Source: Nemertoderma westbladi
Lineage: Eukaryota > Animalia > Xenacoelomorpha
Length of the DNA: 47,745 nt
Assembly (NCBI GenBank): GCA_032718475.1
Contig: JAUCBJ010003197.1
Coordinates: forward strand, 1-47,745
Reading direction: 5' to 3'
Below are positions 1-10,025 of this stretch, piece after piece (position 1 is the first letter of the stretch; every line of letters starts with the position of its first letter). The notes beneath the pieces were generated by a model. That model did not search any database and had not been told where the DNA came from. It worked only from the letters and a program-made list of their open reading frames with translations. The position numbers and the translations under genes are program-made.

Positions 1-683
1 TAGGGGGTATACGTATAGATTCACTGCCTGTCGTATCTAGTTAATGAATAATGATGGCAGAGGAGGGGCCCCCGCCGATGAACGCAGTTGATAGTTGCCA
101 GTAGGGAGCCGTATACCATAGCCATTATAAAGTTAAAAATAGACATTATGTCATAGTGATCTCGTTGGTAATATAAAAACTAATTAATCTAAAAATAGAA
201 ATCAATGTATAAAGTAAAAGTAATATATAGGGGGTATACGTATAGATTCACTGCCTGTCGTATCTAGTTAATGAATAATGATGGCAGAGGAGGGGCCCCC
301 GCCGATGAACGCAGTTGATAGTTGCCAGTAGGGAGCCGTATACCATAGCCATTATAAAGTTAAAAATAGACATTATGTCATAGTGATCTCGTTGGTAATA
401 TAAAAACTAATTAATCTAAAAATAGAAATCAATGTATAAAGTAAAAGTAATATATAGGGGGTATACGTATAGATTCACTGCCTGTCGTATCTAGTTAATG
501 AATAATGATGGCAGAGGAGGGGCCCCCGCCGATGAACGCAGTTGATAGTTGCCAGTAGGGAGCCGTATACCATAGCCATTATAAAGTTAAAAATAGACAT
601 TATGTCATAGTGATCTCGTTGGTAATATAAAAACTAATTAATCTAAAAATAGAAATCAATGTATAAAGTAAAAGTAATATATA
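1..683. repeat. 227-bp tandem repeat, 3 apparently identical copies (may continue left of the window)
   Basis: Unit TAGGGGGTATACGTATAG...GTAATATA restarts at 1, 228 and 455; no differences noticed by eye. Confidence 0.95.
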
Positions 684-794
684 CAATTAATTAATTTAAA
701 ATAAAGTACAAATGAATAAATACGAATAAAATAAAATGCAAATAATTAATTAAAATTAAATATAAATAAATAAGTATTAATGAATAAAAGAGCT

Positions 795-1106
795 GCGGTG
801 TCACTTATGACACCCTCTTCCCCCTTCTCTGCGACAGTTAGACATCACTGATGACCCATTGTGTGTCAGGGCGCTAATCAGTCTGATTAATTAGGATAAT
901 CAATTAAACCCTAATTAGGAGTCATATGACACCTGTTAGGGTTTAATTATACTAATTAATTGATGACACCTGTCAATTAGGGTCTAATTAGCCTAATTGG
1001 GAGGTGTCACCCAGACAGTCTGGCGCCAATGACACCCAATGACACCCATAGGGTGATAATTGGGTGTCATATGACACCCAATGGGTGTCAGTTAGGTCTA
1101 ACTGTC
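795..1106. repeat. Cluster of TGACAC(C)/GGTGTCA motifs in both orientations; probable subterminal region of a DNA transposon
   Basis: About ten TGACAC(C) or GGTGTCA copies interleaved with CTAATTAG palindromes; no matching second terminus found. Confidence 0.35.
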
Positions 1107-1648
1107 ACAGAGAGGAGGAAGACCCTACTACTACCTTGGCAGGATTTCCTCGACTTCTGGAGCCAGTAGGTGGAGATGTCATCACCCCATCATCATTATG
1201 ATGATCTAAGGACATGCGTAGAACATAGGCAACTACAATTATGAACAAGACATGTGCCAAGCCAGCTCCCAAAAAGGCTGCGGTTGCTTGGAACATCCTT
1301 ATTATTCTATTTTTACAAAACAAACACTCCCTGGTGACCCAGGGTTTGGGCCAGAAAGGTCATCAGGAAAGGAACTCACATAATTGTTGGTCCAGTTCTC
1401 CAGTAGGGGCTGAGACAGGCAGCCAGTCAGGGTATAACTGACGCCTGTGAGGCCAATTGTGTCCGGTAATTCCACTGGCCTCTAGTTGCCGGACCTCCGC
1501 ATTACTAATATAATCCATAGTGGGGGTTGGGGGTGCTGTTTTGCCAAGTCAGCTCTCGGGGCAAATACCACACCCTGGTTTGCCATTCCACAGTCTTCTG
1601 GTATGTATTTGCAGACTATGAAGGGGCGGAGCTAACAGGTACCATCTG

Positions 1649-1692
1649 TTAGACTGTACGGCGAACACACTGACTCTCATCAAGTGGGCATC
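1649..1692 (-). CDS. Possible terminal exon of the crystallin/FN2-like gene ((G)CPLDESQCVRRTV*)
   Basis: Acceptor ctcctaatcctAG, phase 1, compatible with the 2241 donor. Alternatively the FN2 exon is terminal and reads ...CPG-TAA (stop at 2236-2238). Confidence 0.25.
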
Positions 1693-2240
1693 CTAGGATT
1701 AGGAGATACGTCGATTGACCACCAACGTGGGGGGGGGGGGGGGCATATATACAAGTACACCTGTAACTCCTTAACTAGTTTAATATATTTTATATACTTT
1801 ATTTATTACTGTTAAGTAGTGAGATGTCTGCCAATTTTACCACAACCATGGTGTACTTTCAATAATAATATATTTGATATAATAAAAAAATTTAGAAAAA
1901 AACGAAATGAAACGAAAATTTCATAGATTGAGAAAAACGAAACGTAAGCAAACGCATATTTTAAATTTCATATTTTGAAATTTCAAATTATTTATGCCAT
2001 CTCTGGGGGAGGGGAGCGGGGGGGGGGGGGGGGGGGGGGGGGACTAGCAATACTTGTGACGTCACTATAGGTTTGGTGAACAGATTTAATACATTTTACA
2101 AAAATAACTTATTAGAATAAATAAATTATTAATTATAAAATTAATTATAGCTATCCTAGTCAATTATTATTGTAGAAATTGACGGTTGTCTTTATATCAG
2201 CGTCAATCCAGTATAAAACATCTGTTTATGAATATTTAAC

Positions 2241-2441
2241 CTGGGCAGTTTGGGGAACAGATTCCCCAATTCCCTGAACCTGGTACAAAGTTTCCATCGT
2301 TGTCCACGTCTGTTGCACACCAGGCGTGCTCGTTGGGTTCTGGCGGACAAAACATGAACTCATTACCATTGTGCTTGAACGGGAATAGGCATTTCCTGAA
2401 TGGTCGCGGTCCTGATGTTGTAGAGCAATCGTCACCACTGA
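2241..2441 (-). CDS. Exon encoding a fibronectin type II (FN2)-like domain
   Basis: Acceptor ctcctctAG, donor GTtaa, 201 bp, phase 1-1. Translates SGDDCSTTSGPRPFRKCLFPFKHNGNEFMFCPPEPNEHAWCATDVDNDGNFVPGSGNWGICSPNCP, matching the FN2 pattern C-x-FPF-x2-NG...C...WCAT...WG-x-C. The ORF track shows a different frame here. Confidence 0.88.
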
Positions 2442-2551
2442 CTAGAGGAGTAAAAATTGATTAGAGTAGTAAAATGCTTGGTTGCATTAAATCACACTCC
2501 ATATAGTTTAGTGCGAAGCAGGTGAATTCGGGGTCAAACGCTAAGCCTGCG

Positions 2552-2744
2552 CCTACACCTACGCCTACACCTACACCTAGACCTATACACCTACGCCTAC
2601 ACCTACACCTACACCTACACCTACACCTACACCTACACCTACACCTACACCTACACCTAAACCTAAACCTACACCTACACACACCTACACCTACACCTAC
2701 ACCTACACCTACACCTACACCTACACCTACACCTACACCTACAC
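2552..2744 (+). repeat. (CCTACA)n microsatellite, intronic
   Basis: About 30 hexamer units. A short inverted version (GTCTAGGCGTAGGTGTAG, ~2905-2925) and GAATTC at 2524 and 2941 hint at a degenerate TIR element spanning 2524-2946. Confidence 0.95.
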
Positions 2745-3390
2745 ATACATGTACCGTAAGCCAGTAGGCCTATACATCTGACTGTTGATTTTCAATTAAA
2801 TTGGGTTTTCTACAATATTACTAACTCCTGTTTATTGTTTTGGTTCCATTCATCCCGCCTCTGTAAACTGCTTCTTTACTAACCTGCCCACAAGTAGGTG
2901 TGTGAGTCTAGGCGTAGGTGTAGCATTTACCACTACGGGCGAATTCAGTCATTGGAAATTTGGTTTGAAAAACAATTCAGTCCCATTATATATGGTTTTG
3001 GGACAGAAGTTTGCAGAGCATACTGTAATTGCCTGCCAAATTGTAAGGGACCAAATTACCTGATCATACTGATTTATTCATACATTTGTTTTTATTAATT
3101 CCCAATTTGTTTTGCCATTTATTGTTTTGATTCAATGAAGTATCCGGACCATTCAGTCCCGTATAATTTGGTCCATCGAATCTGGACCCAATTGTCCATG
3201 CCAGATTAATTAACCCTACAGTATATCTATCCTTAACATTAGTACTAAAAAAGCCCTACTCTTCAATGTCTGTTTAGTTTTGTCTATCTATGTAGAATGC
3301 TAATAACATTCCCCCACATATATAAACATTGTATTGCCGGTTTTCTCAAACAAATATTCTGGAAATAATATCGGCCATTTAGCAACTTAC

Positions 3391-3512
3391 GCTTTTGCTT
3401 TTTCTTAGCTTCCTGACAGACAATCATTATTGAACTGATATGAGGAACTGGCAACTCCGAACCGTAGAATCCCGGAATTATCTTCGCGTTGATGCCTGTG
3501 TGATCGATACCA
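3391..3512 (-). CDS. Exon encoding the C-terminal part of a beta/gamma-crystallin-like domain plus linker
   Basis: Acceptor tttatttcctctatctAG, donor GTAAGT, 122 bp, phase 2 in and phase 1 out. Translates (S)GIDHTGINAKIIPGFYGSELPVPHISSIMIVCQEAKKKQK and splices in frame with both neighbouring exons. Confidence 0.85.
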
Positions 3513-4071
3513 CTAGATAGAGGAAATAAAGTAAATAAGTAAAATTTAAGAATTAAGTAATTGTAACTTTTATAATTACTTTTTATCTCCCCAATTCCTA
3601 AAGTTTAAAGAATTAAGATGGCTCTTTGAATCCCAGTGGGAGATAAACATGTCCAGAGAATTACATGCATTATTATTGTTCTCTTGCTCATTGGGATGCA
3701 GTATTTAGTTTGTTGTGATTTTGCATAGAAGTATATGAATGTTACATAGTGTCTGATAGGAGATGTGTGCATTGTACTTTACAAAGTGAACACGAGTTAG
3801 CAATCTTGTGTATGTGCCATCCATGGATTTGGTGTCTTCGGCAATATGAGTGTGTCGCAGTAGAGTCAGATATGGGGACCATCACCCATACCTACTCTGA
3901 AGCACAAGACCTACTCACCATTGGATGGTCTATAACTGCACAACTCAGCTCATGTGGAGGGCCATGATGCCCTACACAACACACCAAGGTGCCGGTCGCA
4001 GTTATAGTAGGGGGAAATAAGAGCACTGAACTCCTGACCAGCCATCTGGTCGCAAAAAAAAGCAAAGGGAA

Positions 4072-4490
4072 GGCGGGGTAGCTCAGTTGGTTGAGCGCCA
4101 GGCCTGCAATCTAGTGGTTGTAGGTTCAGCCCCGCCAGGGTCCACTCAGCCTTTCATCCGCTGGGTTCGATAAACTGAGCACCAGTTGAATTAGTGGGAG
4201 CAAACGTGGGTTAAGAGTAGCGCCCACCCCAACCTTCGGCTAGCAGATAGGAGTAGCGCCCACCCCTACCCTCGGGTAGCAGATAGGAGTAGCGCCCACC
4301 ACTACCTTCGGGTAGCAGATAGGAGTACCGCCCACCCCTACCCTCGGGTAGCAGATAGGAGTAGCGCCCACCCCCCTATCCTCGGGTGGCAGATAGGAGT
4401 ACCACCCACCCCTACCTTCGGGTAGCAGCTATGGTAAGGGGATCCTTCGGGTCGCCGCCGGCTTCGGCCGACTGTTTGCTTGCTTGAATG
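4072..4490 (+). mobile_element. tRNA-derived SINE with a Meta-like central domain, intronic and antisense to the host gene
   Basis: tRNA-like head with A box TAGCTCAGTTGG and degenerate B box GGTTCAGCCC. Central CCACTCAGCCTTTCATCC...GATAAACTGAGCACCAG resembles the Meta-SINE core (recalled, not searched). 3' stem-loops and a (TTGC)n tail follow. Confidence 0.8.
4215..4428 (+). repeat. 36-bp minisatellite, 6 copies, inside the SINE
   Basis: GAGTAGCGCCCACCCCTACC(C/T)TCGGGTAGCAGATAG starting at 4215, 4251, 4287, 4323, 4359 and 4397. Confidence 0.95.
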
Positions 4491-4908
4491 ATGCCAATGT
4501 GTCGCCTAGCAGTATGCCAGTCAGGATTGAAAACTCAGTTTCATCATGTGCTAAGAATATCTGAGCTTTTTCATCCACAATATAACAATCCAACGCCAGC
4601 GATAACTACAATGTCATATTTATCTATATTGGGTAGGGTTGTATTAGTAGTACCAGAATATCAGATAATTTCAGATATACAATAATTAATAAATGACCTG
4701 GTCCAAACCAAACTCATTTAATTTAAATATCTTGCTTTAAGGTTATGTGCCACTACCTGTTTCATAAAATGTACACATGAAACTTTATTTGCCAGAGTAT
4801 TATATCCCGCCATTTTAAACTGCTTAACTTAAAAGATAGACTTTTTATATAACTGGACTTCATTCACAGGTGAAAACATAAATTATTGTGATTATTTTTA
4901 TGATTTAC

Positions 4909-5059
4909 CTATAGACATGCCAAGGGAATATCCCAGTTACAATGATCGAACTGGTGATGTTTTCGAAACCTTCAACCCCCAAATCGGCTACATTGCATCG
5001 TCGATCAGCATCAGCATCCACTTTGTATTCTGGAGCATTGCAGGACATGAATACCCGAC
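4909..5059 (-). CDS. Exon encoding the central part of a beta/gamma-crystallin-like domain
   Basis: Acceptor ttcactcatttAG, donor GTAAAT, 151 bp, phase 1 in and phase 2 out. Translates RVFMSCNAPEYKVDADADRRCNVADLGVEGFENITSSIIVTGIFPWHVY; joined to the next exon it gives the Greek-key pattern F-x-N-x2-SS-x2-V-x-G...W-x-VY...G...PG-x-Y...ISSI. Confidence 0.85.
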
Positions 5060-5735
5060 CTAAATGAGTGAATTATTAAATAAATAACTGTTTGACACAC
5101 CCAAGCACAATGACCGCATCCCAAGGGTATATGGTCAAAACTTCGAAATAGTCAACACTTCGAATAACCATGTCAACACTTAAAAATAATAATTTGAATA
5201 GCGCCTTTTTATTGTAAATTTTTACCCCATGCCAACATTTCGAAAGACCAATTTGAATTTAAATAGAATAATAGTATATTTTAAAATTCAAATATAATAA
5301 TAACTATAATGTATAGGCCTATATGGTAAAGGTTGGGTTTTAGAATTAGTATATGGCATTACCGGTGGTAGTACTCTGAGGAACGGCGCAGAGTTGAAGA
5401 TAGATAGACTGGGGAAGACTGCGTCTGTTCCGTCAGCTCTTAACAGGTGAGGGTGCTTATTTGACACCTCCCGTTAGCGTGCGATGAAGGGGACTGTATG
5501 GGGTGGGGAGTTTAGAAGAAAACGAAGGTTGAAATCGATGAGAATTGCCGGAACTATATATTATTATATCATTATAATCAGTTAGAAGTTAAAAGATATT
5601 ACAGAAATTATTGCAGAAAATACAGAAATACTATTTACAGATAAAAATGCCACTAAAAAGATATAAACTTTTACTGTAGTAAAAGTCAGGGGCTTAGTGT
5701 GCTTAGCTTAGGGCTTAAAGTGAGAAAACAGCCCC

Positions 5736-5902
5736 TTATATACCCAGACAATATGCAAATCGGGATCGGAACGTACTGAATGCTGACTGAATGCTCGTCC
5801 TTGATTGGTCGGAGCTACTGATTGGACAAGCAGTTACGCTTTGATTCTATTGCACCTATGGGCTGGTGAGGGCAGGAGTTCGATGACATGGGTCATGTGA
5901 CT
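5736..5902 (-). promoter_or_regulatory. Pol II promoter-like cluster (E-box, two CCAAT, octamer, TATA), possibly the U3 of an LTR-like repeat
   Basis: Read on the minus strand, in order: GTCACATGAC (~5893-5902), CCAAT (5821-5825 and 5804-5808), ATTTGCAT (5753-5760), TATATAA (5736-5742). Confidence 0.5.
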
Positions 5903-6317
5903 TACAAACGTATCGGCGTTTGGCGAACCAAACGAGATCCCACAGGACAACTTATACGGTTCGATCCAAAAAGTACTAATAGAAACATATCAGCGTTGGG
6001 CAAACCAAACATGACACCACAGGACAACCTATTCGTTTCGATCCTAACTACAAACAAATGTGCGTGTCCATATATATGGCCATATATAATGAACTACTGA
6101 AACTTGTACTACTGAAAGCTAATTCTGATGTATACAGCTATATTTTAAGTACCATAATTTGCGTTGGCGCCAGTTTTCCGGGTTGCCCTTCAATCCTTTA
6201 CCCCCTCCATCAACATGTCTTCCCCCAAAGATCGACGATCGCGAAACTATCTTCTAAACAAACAGGAGCAGGGGAACAAACAGAGCTTTTAAAACTCTCA
6301 AAACGGAGCTGACAACT

Positions 6318-7546
6318 ATGGTTATACCAAAAGCCACTAAACCGGAATAGAAGACTAAGAAGGATTTGTCATCGTCTAGTTCCCCTCTCCAGCTTACTCG
6401 ACAATCATACGCTAGACGCATGAAAAGGAGAGATTCACTCGGGCTGCAACGTACAAAGCCACTTGCAACTATGGCCTCAAAGAGGAATGGAAACATTAAA
6501 CTCAAAACTGGATCGGAGGATGGAATTATCATTGGAGAAATCGACTCGAACTCAGTAAACTTGGAGAACTCGATAACCACTGACAATGCCGAAGACTTGC
6601 CGTGCAACAATTCTGATCCAACCCCACAGTTGCTCGAGAACAGTGTTACCGATTGTCCAATGAACATCGAGCAGAAAACCATTCGAAAAGAATCAACCGG
6701 AGACACAGGAGAGGCCAATAGCTGCATGTTCTATCCGATTGCAACTACAAAACTAAATCCCACAGAACAAACACTATAAATTCAAACTTTTATTTGAGAA
6801 CTGTCTACAAACTGCCCAGCCAACACTATACCGCTGCCCAATGCTGTTGAAACACTCCAACTGGCGCAGTGGATAAGGGACGACGTAGTTGACGAATTCA
6901 TGGGCCTAATCCAACAACATTTTCATCACACTGCGCCGATTCCTAGCCAACTGGCACTGCAACTGCGGCTGCCCAACTGCTACCAACTAGTTGCAGTTAA
7001 ATACGTGGCACCTCACTACCTAGGTCGCTACCAACCTGTAGCCCCGACGCACCTATTCCTCCCGGACTGCTGGAATGGGCATTTTATACTGCATGTGGCT
7101 GACACTGTGGAGAGTACTGTTTATTCTCTAGACTCCCTCCATCCATCCGCTCCATCAGAAGTCACTTTTGCGCTCGTTGATACTCTCAATACGATCAATA
7201 GCCATCAAAACCAGCCAATAAACCGAATCCAACTAGGTTGTCCATAAGGACAAAGAACACCTTGTTTTCGAAACAATCGAACGGATACGACTGTGGCGTC
7301 TACAGTTGTCTATATGCTTTGATGGTCGCCCAAAACAAGACACAGATTCCACCCATCCATTACGATTCCGTAAAATACCGCAGCTGGCTGCGTAGCTGCT
7401 TCTCCAGCTTTAGGATCGAATATTTTAGACTTAGACAGGAGCAAACATTAACCTGTATCTCCTACAGGTGTGAACTATTGCTGTTCGTCAGTACGCGCAA
7501 GTACACTTTAGGTGCAGAAGACAGCACAAGTTCCATAATTTGGTGA
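6318..7546 (+). pseudogene. Disrupted intronless ORF with a Ulp1/SUMO protease (peptidase C48)-like domain, probably TE-borne
   Basis: Motifs WIRDDVVDEFMGLI, NGHFILHV (His), YSLDSL (Asp) and, after a frameshift near 7240, KQSNGYDCGVYSC (Gln/Cys). In-frame stops at ~6348, 6777 and 6795. Confidence 0.78.
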
Positions 7547-7853
7547 TTTGCAGTACTGACAGCTCTGTACCGGTTCACTTTGTAGTTTATACATTTGCCT
7601 GCCCCTGCCCGAGCCCGAAATATTTGATCAGGCAAGGAGCAGCTTTCTGCTACCGGCACATGCTTGGCCTAGGGAGGTTTTATTAATATCCTACCGCGCC
7701 TTGACACGTACTGATAGGTATTGCTGCAAACCACCGCAGCAACAAAATTCTAAAATCAAATTTGTATACCAGATCAGCTAACGTACGGTAGCAATTAACC
7801 CCTATTTCTTATCTTACAACCAGAATCTGGTATTTGTGCCGATCACGGGTGTA

Positions 7854-9594
7854 CCCTATAAGCATCAACACGTCAAAAACACGTGGATACGACGTAATTA
7901 TTTGACGTCAACGTGTTGAAAATGACGTCTTGGCCACGTGTATTTTGGAAGTGTCAAACACGTATTTGAGCACGTCAAACCATGACGTGCTACAGTTTAC
8001 GTCAAATGACTTGTTAGACACGTGTCAATTACGTCATCAGACGTCAAATACTACACTGGAACACCACACAAGCACGTCAAACGAGGTGCTAGACACGTAC
8101 TGTAACAATGACAGACGCCAAATTGAAATAACTAAACCACTGACCACACAAGCACTTAGGCGTCGCTTTTTACATCGCTTAGATCCATGACAGTTATGAT
8201 TGAAATTGGTTTTACTTTCTTGACGGTGTTTGCTGATACTATAATAAAGAAAAAATATTATTATATAATGCCAATGGACGATAAATTTAATATCCAAATA
8301 AATTGTTAATTAACAACTAATAAATACAAATTAAAATAGCACTGATATATTTAGCACAAGTTTGATTTGGAAATTAATATAAAAATTACAAGACGGAGGG
8401 GAAACAACTATTTAATCTGAAAGTGTTTTCCGACTATTTTATACGCTAGAAATCGATTGCGCCGATTCATTTTGTCCAAAAATTAATTCTAATGGGTCAA
8501 TTTGGCCATTTTCCTGTCATTGGTGGTACTCAGAGTGCGCTATAGCACCACTCACACCCACCATAGTACCTTCACACCCACTATATATAGTACCTTCCTA
8601 CCCACTCACACCCACTTCATTACCTTCTTACCCACTCACACCCACCTCATTACCTTCCTACCCACTCACACCCCCCCATATTACCTTCCTACCCAGTCAC
8701 ACCCAAACTCATTACCTTCCTACCCACAACACCCACACCCAACTCATTACCTTCCTACCCACTCACACCCCCCCATATTACCTTCCTACCCAGTCACACC
8801 CAAACTCATTACCTTCCTACCCACAACACCCACACCCAACTCATTACCTTCCTACCCACAACACCCACCACATTACCTTCCTACCCACTCACACTCACAC
8901 CCACTTCATTACCTTCCTACCCACTCACACCCACCATAGTACCTTCCTACCCACTCACACCCACTATATTACCTTCCTACCCACTCACACCCACTCCATT
9001 ACCTTCCTACCCACTCACACCCACCTCATTACCTTCCTACCCACTCACACCCACCACATTACCTTCCTACCCACTCACACTCACACCCACTTCATTACCT
9101 TCCTACCCACTCACACCCACCATAGTACCTTCCTACCCACTCACACCCACTATATTACCTTCCTACCCACTCACACCCACCTCATTACTTTCCTACCCAC
9201 TCACACCCACCACCTATATAAATAACTAACTAAAATATACCCAGCACTAATATAAATATACTGTACTCATACTGTAGTCAGTCAGTAGGTATAAGTGGTA
9301 AGTAGATGTGTCATTAAGACGTGTTCAAGACGTAATTTTAGGTAATTATTTCCACCATGAAAAGCATCACACAGATACGTGCCGTCAAGACGTGTTAATG
9401 ACGTCATTTTAGGTAATTATATCCACCATGAAAAGTATCACACAGATACGTGCCATCAAGACGTGTTTATGACGTCATTTTAGGTAATTACGTCAACCAT
9501 CAAAACTTTGAGTTCTTGCAACAAACATAATTGACGTAAAATGACGTCCACATACCTGTTGAGGTGTAAAAATAGACGTCAAATGCTTATAGGG
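7854..9594. mobile_element. Non-autonomous TIR DNA transposon (CCC...GGG ends, TA target duplication; CMC/EnSpm-like, tentative)
   Basis: TA|CCCTATAAGCAT ... ATGCTTATAGGG|TA: perfect 12-bp TIR. Dense subterminal GACGT/CACGT motifs at both ends; ~63-bp tandem units at 9315-9500. Confidence 0.88.
8545..9213 (+). repeat. ~30-bp C-rich minisatellite inside the TIR element
   Basis: About 20 variants of ATTACCTTCCTACCCACTCACACCCACCTC. Confidence 0.95.
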
Positions 9595-10025
9595 TAGTTA
9601 CTAACACCGTAATTGCCCGGTTGAGTTGTGGATAGGAAGGAGAGAGCTTTGATGTCATTTTGTAAGTATTACGCCCTACAGAGCGCGACTAGCTTATTTT
9701 AGTAGCTAGCGCACGGTATTGTTTTTGGTCAGAAATCACCGAAACCTAGTATGACGGCGATACACCAAAATTGATTTATTCATAACACACACACACACAT
9801 CCTAAAACATATATACTCCCCTTCGAGACCTGCTAGCTACTAGCTTACTTTAGGTTACCTTTCAATAGGATTTATTCTGCAGTTCTACCATTCGCATTTG
9901 TAATTTTAGGAGATATTTAGTATTTAGTTTTACGGCAAGTATTTTAGATGGCATGCACCCTTTTGACTACTTTGCCCCTGTCAGCAGTATTGTTACTTTA
10001 GGTACTACCCCCCTTTGACCTATAG

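Noticed and set aside
1105-1620. Possible degenerate minus-strand coding sequence with a hydrophobic stretch
   Set aside because: Multiple stops and no recognisable motif; cannot be assigned.
2461-2767. CR-, LH- and PT-repeat ORFs
   Set aside because: Translations of the (CCTACA)n microsatellite.
4072-4140. Functional tRNA gene (Ala-TGC-like)
   Set aside because: Mismatched anticodon and T stems, degenerate B box, and direct continuation into a SINE body.
8502-8939. 145-aa ORF
   Set aside because: Minisatellite translation with a non-ATG start.
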